64,000 bases of DNA from Pseudomonadota bacterium (lineage in GTDB: Bacteria > Pseudomonadota > Gammaproteobacteria > Ga0077536): positions 6,153 to 70,152 of the forward strand of contig JAYYZW010000014.1 of the NCBI GenBank assembly GCA_036339995.1, written 5' to 3'. Made by a program: the position numbers and the translations under genes. Below, one piece after another: positions 11,201 through 17,871 of the stretch. Within the stretch, counting starts at the first letter, position 1. Each line of letters begins with the position of its first letter. The notes beneath the pieces were generated by a model, which saw only the letters and a program-made list of their open reading frames with translations, did not search any database and was not told the DNA's origin.

Positions 11201-11480
11201 AAAATTCGAGTTCGATTCGTGCCTGGCCCATTCGTGCCTCGGAGATCATCCGTTCGAGGCCAATGATGTTTCGCAGGTAATCCTCCTGCTCGATGATGAT
11301 TTCCTTTTCGATATCCTGTGGTGTCGCACCCGGCCAGGTCGTGCGTACCCTGACCGTACGTACGTCCAGATCCGGGATCATCTGCTTGGGTATGCGTGAG
11401 ATCGATGTCAGCCCGAACAGGCAGATGATCAGAATGACAACCGTCATGACGATCGGCTTGCGGACTGCAAACTCGAACAT
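8283..11480 (-). CDS. RND efflux pump, inner-membrane permease (AcrB/AcrD/AcrF family)
   Basis: 1065 aa. N-terminus FAVRKPIVMTVVILIICLFGLTSISRIP, 12-TM/2-large-loop layout, adjacent adaptor gene. Confidence 0.95.
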   Translation of the reverse strand: MFEFAVRKPIVMTVVILIICLFGLTSISRIPKQMIPDLDVRTVRVRTTWPGATPQDIEKEIIIEQEDYLRNIIGLERMISEARMGQARIELEFSHGADINEILIRVNNALTQVPSYPENVDEPRIITSSYSNNPFMFFRVTPLPGNPMNVDVHLMRDFVQDYVAAQIERVTGVSEAEVWGGTERQVKIYVDPIKLADRRISVRELRNAIRGRNRDVSGGDLDAGKRRYIVRTVGRFDTVESIEDLIIARRGDVSVRLREVGYAAMGGFEVRNVSYANGRPNITIGVRRMIGANVVEVLEGVMDEVADLNRTVLSSRGLQMELTSEDVQYVKDAVWVVGRNLLIGASFAVVVLFLFLRSAAATAIGAVGIPICTVVAFLGLMLAGRTINVISLAGVAFAIGMTLDNSIVVLENIYRHLAEGKSRVEAAITGVREVWPAILASTMTTVLVFLPVIFIEEEAGQLYSDIAIAISASILMSMVVAVTLVPAAMSRWVNPRRSRAAGLLSSIQTTGAHVGETVVAFVRWLVAGSIRAVVLIGVVLAVSAGIIGFLTPKAEYLPEGEEQKIFAFMFSPPGYNIEVMDDILGQLNDYFVPFVGQDPAVFDVGKAEVPALNFVISYAYAGMVMLIPEATDRVQTDDLVKAVTARFREVPGVISFASRGSIFASNLGGTRSINLDISGAELAPLFEAGARAFARSREIFVNPQVRPQPSSLTMGQPMIEIKPDWERAAELGIETDDLGYAIWAFSDGAFVDEFFLGDDKIDMFIYSTRGAIEGPEDIENLLLFSPNGGVVPLDAIAKVTETVNTETIRRVDGRRTITLSIIPPREIPLEVGVERVERELIRHLQESGEIAPSVSMDISGANDRLRATREALSGNFIIAVLISYLLLVAIFSHWGYPLLILASVPIGISGGIVGLWLMNVVGQEMGRFGLAVIQQPLDVITMLGFLVLIGTVVNNPILLVERAVRNLKQGRMDIREAVIEATRSRLRPIMMSMVTTVIGLSPLVLNPGAGTELYRGLGAIVLFGILFSTLVTITFMPALLTLTFDLSRRLRSGGKGAGEHTASAV

Positions 11481-11510
11481 GACGAAATCAGGCCGCCCGG
11501 AAATTGCTTG

Positions 11511-12608
11511 TCATATGTCTTGCTCGCGCTCTTCGGCGACGAGGACAGATTGGCCTGGCCTCAGTATCTCGTTGCCGCGAACGACCACTTGTTGACCGGG
11601 ACTGACGTCACCGTGCACGATTTCGATGTGATCTCGATAGGAACGGCCGGTCTCGATTCGCTGCGGAACGGCCTTGGTGACACCGTCTTCGACGATGATG
11701 ACCCAGACCTTAGCAGTGCCATCGGGTTTCCGCACCACCGCATCGCGCGGTAGCAACAGTGCGGACGCCTGGCCGCGCGCGCCGATGTACAGACTGACGC
11801 GCGCCGACATCCCGGGCGCCAACCGGTTCTCATCATTGGGAATATCGATCCATATTCTGAACGTTCTCGAGGCAAGATCACTGATGGGAATTTTTCTCGC
11901 CACCTTCGCCTCGAATGTCCGACCGGGCATGGCGTCAAAGCGAATGGTCACGTCGGTGTCGATTTGGATACCCGCGTAATAGAACTGCGGCACGGACACC
12001 TCCAATCGCAACAACTTGATGTCTACGAGCTCGGCGAGAGCCGTGTTGGTTTCAACCCACTCCCCTTGCTCAACCAGCTTGCGGCTCACGACGGCATCGA
12101 AGGGCGCGTGAACAACGTGACGCCGCAGTAATTCCCGCGCCCTCTCAAATTGCGCTTTGGCCTGTTTAACCGTAGCGGCGTCGATATCTATCTGAGCCTT
12201 GGCGGCAGAGACCGTCGTGTCGGCGACATTGCGGGTCTCCTGCAACTCAAGCAGTTCACGATATCGCCGTTCGGACTCAAGCCTGCGTGCGCGGGCTTCT
12301 TCGAGCCGCGCATTTGCCGCATCGACGTCAATTCGCGCAAGCGCTTGATCTAACAGCAAGACGACTGCACCGCGCTCGATGCGATCACCGTCATCGACCC
12401 GTATCTCTGCAACAAGGCCGTCGATTTCAGTCGAAAGGCGTGAAGTCCTGTGTGCGATGAGGCTTCCGTTAAGCGTAACTTCCTCACGTATTTCGGCTGT
12501 CTGTACGGTCGAGACGCCGACCGGTACGGGTGCCTCAGCCATCAAACCCAGCGGCGCAAAACAAATACCGCCGCGCAGCAAGGCACCGACGATACGTGCC
12601 GGTATCAA
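11511..12608 (-). CDS. RND efflux periplasmic adaptor (HlyD/MFP family)
   Basis: 365 aa. Signal/anchor segment, a coiled-coil stretch (ARLEEARARRLESERRYRELLELQE...), beta-barrel C-terminus. Sits directly upstream of the RND permease. Confidence 0.9.
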   Translation of the reverse strand: MIPARIVGALLRGGICFAPLGLMAEAPVPVGVSTVQTAEIREEVTLNGSLIAHRTSRLSTEIDGLVAEIRVDDGDRIERGAVVLLLDQALARIDVDAANARLEEARARRLESERRYRELLELQETRNVADTTVSAAKAQIDIDAATVKQAKAQFERARELLRRHVVHAPFDAVVSRKLVEQGEWVETNTALAELVDIKLLRLEVSVPQFYYAGIQIDTDVTIRFDAMPGRTFEAKVARKIPISDLASRTFRIWIDIPNDENRLAPGMSARVSLYIGARGQASALLLPRDAVVRKPDGTAKVWVIIVEDGVTKAVPQRIETGRSYRDHIEIVHGDVSPGQQVVVRGNEILRPGQSVLVAEEREQDI

Positions 12609-13039
12609 GACTGGAATTCCATGTTCACCAGCACATTATCGGCGTTGGCAGGGACGCTTGTCACATACTCCTAACCGAGCGCGAACGACCTGAATTGCGG
12701 GAAACATGGAAATCGAGATCCGCGCTGCTATATTTAGATCATGGGGTGAGTTCAAGGCGCACCAAACCGGCGAGGACGCCTGCGACCACCCACTGATGAG
12801 TGACGCGTCACGAATCAAATGTGCAGTAGATGCCTATACAGGAGGACCTCGCTCAGCGAGGCCAAACCGCCGGCCGAAGCCCCGCCTTAGTGTGGGGTTT
12901 ACTTTTCGATCCCCCCGTGTATTTTTCCTGTCATTCTGATCGACCATTCAATTCCTTTTTTTCGCCCGCTTGCGGGCGATTCCTCACGCTAAAATGCCCA
13001 GAAGATCTTTCGAAGCAACCTGATGGCCGGCGCGGGAAA

Positions 13040-13801
13040 TTAGTTTCGACGGGTGCCGAGTATTACCGCCCGTTTGAGCATCCTTGCGAAAACCGTACTG
13101 CCCGCCTCGATTAAGGCGGAAACGTCGTCGCGGCCCAGCTCGTTCGCTACGATTTGGTAAATTTCGAACCCGGTCCTCCCCCCATTCTCGATGATGAGTT
13201 CAAGAAGACGCGCCGATGCGCTGCTCAAATCCAGGAAACCATAGAGGTTGTCCAAATCGCGAAACACAGCGATCCGCGTCGCCGCGGGAGGTGGTTCAAT
13301 TGACTGATACTCTGGACCAATGGTATGGACCGGAAATCGATAGGTCACGATCTTGAGGATGGGATTGGGTACCGGGATTCCCTTGATCAGGTCGCCGCTG
13401 CGATCGATCCCCGTCAGATCGACCTGCCGCTCGTCCGCGCCTATCAAGGTTTCAAGCCAATCGAAATGAGCGAGTTCGCCTAGGAAGGGCGGATCAGCCG
13501 GATCCTCACGCTCGCATTCGAGATACTCGAGAAACTCCAGCGGCAAATCGACGAAGGCCGACGCCCGTGACGCATGGAGAATAAGATAATCGCGCACCAG
13601 AGCGTTCCAGCGCTCGTCATCGAAGATCTCACGCACTCTCGGGAAGTTGTCCTTCATGAAACCTTCGACGTTCGCGAATATCGCGCGACGATAGATAGCC
13701 ATGCGGCGATCCTCGTGACCTAGCGGAGGAGCCTCCTGGTCGGGATCGCGCAGGTATCGGGTAAACAAGCGCTGCAGGCGAATGAACTCCGGTTCCATCA
13801 C
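13040..13801 (-). CDS. DUF2063-family protein (MNIO partner, BufC/HvfC-like)
   Basis: 253 aa. RLQRLFTRYLRDPD...MAIYRRAIFANVEGFMKDNFPRVREIF...LGELAHFDWLE matches the DUF2063 pattern. Downstream of the DUF692 gene in the same orientation. Confidence 0.8.
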   Translation of the reverse strand: MMEPEFIRLQRLFTRYLRDPDQEAPPLGHEDRRMAIYRRAIFANVEGFMKDNFPRVREIFDDERWNALVRDYLILHASRASAFVDLPLEFLEYLECEREDPADPPFLGELAHFDWLETLIGADERQVDLTGIDRSGDLIKGIPVPNPILKIVTYRFPVHTIGPEYQSIEPPPAATRIAVFRDLDNLYGFLDLSSASARLLELIIENGGRTGFEIYQIVANELGRDDVSALIEAGSTVFARMLKRAVILGTRRN

Positions 13802-13819
13802 GAAAGGTCTCTCAGGGAA

Positions 13820-13972
13820 CCTCTGAATAAGTCATGGTAGGTCCGATTTGTTCGTGCACCGTGCAGAACAAGGTACGAATCGCAGGCCATAGCGGGGACT
13901 ATTGGCAAGCTTCGTAACGCAAGGCTCCACGATTTCATGGGCAAGGCAGATGTGCCATGACTTATTCAGAGG
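13820..13972. repeat. MITE-like element: perfect 18-bp terminal inverted repeats around a 117-bp core
   Basis: cctctgaataagtcatgg at 13820..13837 and its exact reverse complement ccatgacttattcagagg at 13955..13972. The left-end 22-mer gaacctctgaataagtcatggt recurs at 16533..16554. Confidence 0.8.
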
Positions 13973-13976
13973 CCCT

Positions 13977-14885
13977 TTAGGCAGCGGCGTCCCCGACACT
14001 TTGAGCGTATCGCGATTGCAATGCTTTGATTCTGGCCACTTCAGGCATCATCTCGCCGAGCGGTGGGATATTCTCGTCTCGCTCCAACAATGTCGGAAAT
14101 ACGCCAAACTCCTGGTACGCGAAATCCAATAAGGACCACACGGGATCGATGATGGGCTCGCCATGTGTATCGACGATGAGGTCCTCATCCTCATTGGTAT
14201 GCCCGGCAATGTGCGCATAGGCGATGCGCTGCGCGGGAATCTTCGAGATGAAAGACTTCGCGTCATAGCGATGATTCACGCTGTTGACGTAAACGTTGTT
14301 CACGTCGAACAGAAGCTGGCAGTCGGCCTCCTCGAGTACGGCCTTGATGAAGGTAATTTCATCTAATTCCGTCGACAAGGTCAGATAATACGACGCGTTT
14401 TCCACCGCGATCGTCCGCTCCAGCACATCCTGGACCTGCCGAATTCTCGCGGCGAGGTGGCGCACGGCTTCTTCCGTGAATGGAATTGGAAGAAGCTCGT
14501 ATAGCTGACCACTCTCCGCGCAAAAAGTCAGGTGATCGCCGTAGATGAGAACCTTGTGACGGCCCAGGAATTTTTTTACGCGGGCGAGGTATTCGAGATC
14601 CAGGGGATCCGGACCGCCAAGATTGAGCAGTAATCCGTGGCAGGCGAGGGGCCGTTCACAGGTAATGCGCTCAAATGCCTCGCCGAGGCGGCCGCCTACA
14701 CCGATCCAATTCTCGGGAGCGACTTCAAGGAATTCGATTTCGTCTGGGATGTGGTCCTGCAGCGGACCCATGTGGGTCCGCCGCAGACCAAGACCGGCGC
14801 CTGCTACGGCGAAATTCCGTTGCACCGGTTGAGTTTGGACAATAATGTCCGGGTCGTTTATTTCTTGAGGTGCTTCATCGAGCAC
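13977..14885 (-). CDS. DUF692 / multinuclear non-heme iron oxidase (MNIO; MbnB/BufB/HvfB-like)
   Basis: 302 aa. AGAGLGLRR...IEFLEVAPENW...HGLLLNLGG...GDHLTF...LLPIPFTEEAV...AVENASYY...LLFDVNNVYVNSVNH...HIAGH...VDTHGEPIIDPVW...PTLLERD matches the DUF692 (UPF0276) TIM-barrel pattern. The start is either ATG 14885 (28-nt overlap with the upstream ORF) or GTG 14825. Confidence 0.9.
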   Translation of the reverse strand: MLDEAPQEINDPDIIVQTQPVQRNFAVAGAGLGLRRTHMGPLQDHIPDEIEFLEVAPENWIGVGGRLGEAFERITCERPLACHGLLLNLGGPDPLDLEYLARVKKFLGRHKVLIYGDHLTFCAESGQLYELLPIPFTEEAVRHLAARIRQVQDVLERTIAVENASYYLTLSTELDEITFIKAVLEEADCQLLFDVNNVYVNSVNHRYDAKSFISKIPAQRIAYAHIAGHTNEDEDLIVDTHGEPIIDPVWSLLDFAYQEFGVFPTLLERDENIPPLGEMMPEVARIKALQSRYAQSVGDAAA

Positions 14886-15169
14886 ATATCACCGGCGAAG
14901 GTCCCGCAAACACCGGGATCTTTCATGCCTGTCGCGAGCTTCCCGCCAGCGTATTTAGCCTTCTGGTCACCACCGTAAGTGAAACCGGTTTCGTCATTGA
15001 TCATGACTTCGTTGCCCTGCATATCCATGGCTTCGCCGGCAACGGTGACGCCTTCACCGAATTCCACCATCTGGAAAGGGTTGTCGGCCGCGTTAGCGGA
15101 CACCGCTAATGCCAGAATGACACTGGAACCAAGCGCAGCAGCAACAGGCTTCAGATTGTTTTTCTTCAT
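14858..15169 (-). CDS. Small secreted Met-rich protein; candidate RiPP precursor of the MNIO
   Basis: 103 aa. Sec-type signal MKKNNLKPVAAALGSSVILALAVSANA|ADNP. The 76-aa mature part has 7 Met and ends in CGTFAGDMCSMKHLKK. Strong SD GAGGAGGAAGG upstream of the ATG. Abuts or overlaps the DUF692 gene. Confidence 0.7.
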   Translation of the reverse strand: MKKNNLKPVAAALGSSVILALAVSANAADNPFQMVEFGEGVTVAGEAMDMQGNEVMINDETGFTYGGDQKAKYAGGKLATGMKDPGVCGTFAGDMCSMKHLKK

Positions 15170-15347
15170 GATTGACCTTCCTCCTCAGAGATTTTTAACG
15201 TTGTACAACACCCCCGGGGACCGGCCGCGACACGCCCACGCATCCATTCGAGCAGAGTCCGGCAGCTATCCGGCCGGGGCTAGGGATGTTAGCGACCGAG
15301 GTAATATAAGTCTAGGCAGGCGGGATCCCGACGGATGCGGTCGGTGA

Positions 15348-15384
15348 ACAAAAAAACCCCGCCGAGGCAAACCGCCGCGGGGTT
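15348..15384 (-). terminator. Intrinsic-terminator-like hairpin plus U-run, oriented for the minus strand
   Basis: aaccccgc (15355..15362) pairs with gcggggtt (15377..15384), with extra inner pairs. A run of 7 A on the plus strand (15350..15356) gives 7 U after the stem on the minus strand. Confidence 0.55.
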
Positions 15385-15493
15385 ACGCGAATTGGAGCGT
15401 AAACCTATCGCTACGCAGGCCAAGTTGGCGCCGGCAGGCTGAACCCCTTGGGAAATTTTCGTAAACATCTTAAGCACCGGGCGCGAAATTCGA

Positions 15494-16531
15494 ATGCAAT
15501 CTAACGCATTGATTACATTTATTTTATTGAGCTTTCCCGCGCTCGCTGGAGGTGCGGACACGGGCGTCGATGCCTTCCGCCGCGGGGACTTTGACGCGGC
15601 CCAGCGGTACTTCACGGCAAAGGCCGAGCGCGGCGACCGGATAGCGCAGAACAATCTGGGCGTCATGTATCTGAAAGGGCGTGGCGTCGAGGTCGATTTC
15701 GTCAAGGCTAGAGCCTATTTCAAAGCCGCCGCCAACCAAGCGCTGGGGGGCGCGATGTTCAATCTGGGCATCATGCATCTTCGGGGCTACGGCAGCAAAA
15801 TCAATCTCCGCGAGGCGGTCACCTGGTTTCGCAAAAGTGCTGTGCGGGGCGATCGCGAAGCGCAATTCTTCCTCGGGTTGATGTATTTCAAAGGCCAAGG
15901 GACCCTGCCCGACCCTGAGAAGGCGCGTCAGTGGTTTCAGAAATCCTCTGAGGCAGGCTTAGCGGCGGCACAGTTCAATCTCGCCATGATTATTCTAAAG
16001 GCAGGCGATGGCGCCGCCAACGAGGAAGAGGCGCTGCGATGGCTTGATGCGGCAGCCGAGCAGGGTCACGAACAAGCCAAGCTGCATATCGCCAAGGTGC
16101 ATCTCGCACACGTGGACGACCCTGATAGAGCGGCTCGCGCCGCAATCGTCTTGCACGAACTTGCCGACGTCGGCGAACCCGAAGCGCAGATGCAATACGG
16201 CTTGATGCATACCTTCGGGTACGGCGTACCGCTCGATCACGAAGAAGGCCGGTTCTGGTTGCGGCAATCGGCCCTTCAGGGACTGACGGCAGCCCAAATC
16301 AACCTCGGGGCGATCTATGCCGACGGTCTGGGCACGGATCCTGACCTCGTCAAAGCCTATGCCTGGCTGACCCTCGGCGCGGAAAACAATCGAGCGGCGA
16401 ACCAGGCTTTGGAGCAAGTCTCTCAACGGATCGAGCGGGCAGACCGTGAGCTAGCCGAAGCCATGATCACCGAACTGAGGCGCAAGACATCGAAGGACCC
16501 CATTCCGAAGGCCGGCGAAACCGCGCACTGA
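15494..16531 (+). CDS. Sel1-repeat (SLR/TPR-like) protein with signal peptide
   Basis: 345 aa. Repeated A(Q/E)xNLGxMYxxGxGVxxDxxKAxxWFxKAA units, e.g. AQNNLGVMYLKGRGVEVDFVKARAYFKAAA and AQFFLGLMYFKGQGTLPDPEKARQWFQKSS. Confidence 0.9.
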   Translation: MQSNALITFILLSFPALAGGADTGVDAFRRGDFDAAQRYFTAKAERGDRIAQNNLGVMYLKGRGVEVDFVKARAYFKAAANQALGGAMFNLGIMHLRGYGSKINLREAVTWFRKSAVRGDREAQFFLGLMYFKGQGTLPDPEKARQWFQKSSEAGLAAAQFNLAMIILKAGDGAANEEEALRWLDAAAEQGHEQAKLHIAKVHLAHVDDPDRAARAAIVLHELADVGEPEAQMQYGLMHTFGYGVPLDHEEGRFWLRQSALQGLTAAQINLGAIYADGLGTDPDLVKAYAWLTLGAENNRAANQALEQVSQRIERADRELAEAMITELRRKTSKDPIPKAGETAH

Positions 16532-16532
16532 T

Positions 16533-16554
16533 GAACCTCTGAATAAGTCATGGT
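16533..16554. repeat. Second copy of the MITE left-end 22-mer
   Basis: gaacctctgaataagtcatggt is identical to 13818..13839 and starts 2 nt after the Sel1 gene stop. A degenerate inverted match (ttcatgtgaggttcaga) lies near 16836..16852. Confidence 0.7.
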
Positions 16555-16680
16555 GCGAGTAGAATCGATGCGGGCCGGGAAAGAAACGAGGTCTGGTACA
16601 GATTGCTTCGTACTTCGTTCGATTGCCACTGGCGATCTTTCCTTTAAAAATGCAGGCCAGTGTGCCGCCCCGTGAAACAA

Positions 16681-16822
16681 TTTCGTAAGTCGCGCAGGAT
16701 TTTTCGTTCCTGGGAAGGCGCGAGGACGCCGCGTAGCGGCCTCTACGCAAGGACGAGCAACACCGCCAGGGACGAAAAAGACCAGCGAATTACGAAATTT
16801 TTCGCGTGACGGCGCACTAAGC
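16681..16822. repeat. Interspersed ~140-bp intergenic repeat, family A, copy 2
   Basis: tttcgtaagtcgcgcaggatttttcgttcctgggaaggcgcgaggacgccgcgtagcgg...gacgagcaac..cgccagg...aaaaag.ccagcgaatt aligns along its length with 19463..19601. Contains the nested hairpin tcgcgc-aggat-tttt-atcct-...-gcgcga. Confidence 0.75.
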
Positions 16823-16903
16823 ACCGGCGGCCGATTCATGTGAGGTTCAGATCGAAGCGCGAGAATGCACCGGTATTAATGCGCAATTAAATCGGTAGAC
16901 GAT

Positions 16904-17188
16904 ATGTTCACGATTAAATACCTAGCCCGAGTTTGTCGCCGGCCGGCCAGGGCTCTCGCATTGCTTGCCGCCTTGAATCTGTGGCAACCAGGCTTGATGT
17001 CCGCGGAAAATGGAACCACGCCTGCCACATCACCGACGGAGCAATCGCAAAGTACGAACGAATCGAAAGCCCAAGACACCAAGTGCTTTCATGGTTGCCT
17101 CAGGTGGGGCAAGTTTTGCAATGTCGATCCGCGCGGAGTCTACAAGTGCCGCCGGCGTTGCGAGAAATTCGGCGAAATTTGCGAGTGA
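16904..17188 (+). CDS. Small secreted Cys-rich protein with a tandem C-x3-C-x6-C motif
   Basis: 94 aa. Signal-like RRPARALALLAALNLWQPGLMSA, a Thr/Ser/Gln-rich linker, then CFHGCLRWGKFC-x9-CRRRCEKFGEIC. Its stop overlaps the GTG start of the next gene (GTGA). Confidence 0.5.
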   Translation: MFTIKYLARVCRRPARALALLAALNLWQPGLMSAENGTTPATSPTEQSQSTNESKAQDTKCFHGCLRWGKFCNVDPRGVYKCRRRCEKFGEICE

Positions 17189-17871
17189 AGTCCACGGCGT
17201 TTCCCCGCCCGAATTGGAACGCCGTCGACGTTGCCGTTCTCGACATGGACGGCACGCTTCTCGATCTGCATTTCGACCATCAAGTATGGAATGTGCTGTT
17301 GCCTAAGCGATACGGTGAATTGCATTGCATTGATGAACTCGAGGCTCGTGAACGGATCAACTGTTTCCTCGATGAACACCGCGGCACGCTGAACTGGTAT
17401 TGTCTCGACTTCTGGAGCGAAACCCTCAAAATCGAGATGCGCGCGCTTGAGGCCGAACTTGATTACCTGATCAGCCTGAGACCTGGCGCCCGCGGATTCC
17501 TCGAATGGCTGAAGGGGCTCGGATTGCGACTGGTCCTGGCAACCAATGCACATCCAACAAGCCTGGAGCGCAAGCTTAAAATCACCGGCATCGGCAGGTA
17601 TTTCGACGGTGTCGTCAGCGCCCATACCGTGGGCGCGGCGAAAGAAAGTTCCGAATTCTGGATCGAATTCGAACGGCGATACGAGGTCGCGTGTGATCGG
17701 ACCGTGCTGATCGATGACAATCACGCCGTGTTGCAAACGGCAAGCGACCATGGCATCGCACACGTCTACGGTATCTCGCAACCCGACAGCCGGCGTACGC
17801 CGGTGGAGGAAACGGTGTTTCCCTGTGTCCGGTCTTTTTCCGATCTAGCTGGACAAATTCTGGCGGACTAG
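17185..17871 (+). CDS. yrfG: HAD-superfamily GMP/IMP nucleotidase (YrfG-like)
   Basis: In-frame GTG at 17185. VAVLDMDGTLLDLHFD...GTLNWYCLDFWSE...LATNAHP...LIDDN closely resembles E. coli YrfG. The longer ORF from 16933 is an upstream read-through extension. Confidence 0.85.
   Translation: MKSTAFPRPNWNAVDVAVLDMDGTLLDLHFDHQVWNVLLPKRYGELHCIDELEARERINCFLDEHRGTLNWYCLDFWSETLKIEMRALEAELDYLISLRPGARGFLEWLKGLGLRLVLATNAHPTSLERKLKITGIGRYFDGVVSAHTVGAAKESSEFWIEFERRYEVACDRTVLIDDNHAVLQTASDHGIAHVYGISQPDSRRTPVEETVFPCVRSFSDLAGQILAD

Noticed and set aside
12956-12978. GC hairpin cgcccgc-ttg-gcgggcg adjacent to a T7 run, considered as the terminator of the DUF2063 operon.
   Set aside because: The T-run precedes the hairpin on the plus strand, so an A-run follows it on the minus strand. 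It is therefore not a canonical intrinsic terminator for either direction.
16933-17184. Upstream extensions of listed ORFs: 16933 for the HAD gene, 33812 for pilQ, 52314 for corC, 38078 for the AAA/SPOR gene.
   Set aside because: The extensions overlap the preceding genes and show no family similarity. Internal starts placed just after the upstream stop give proteins of the expected length.
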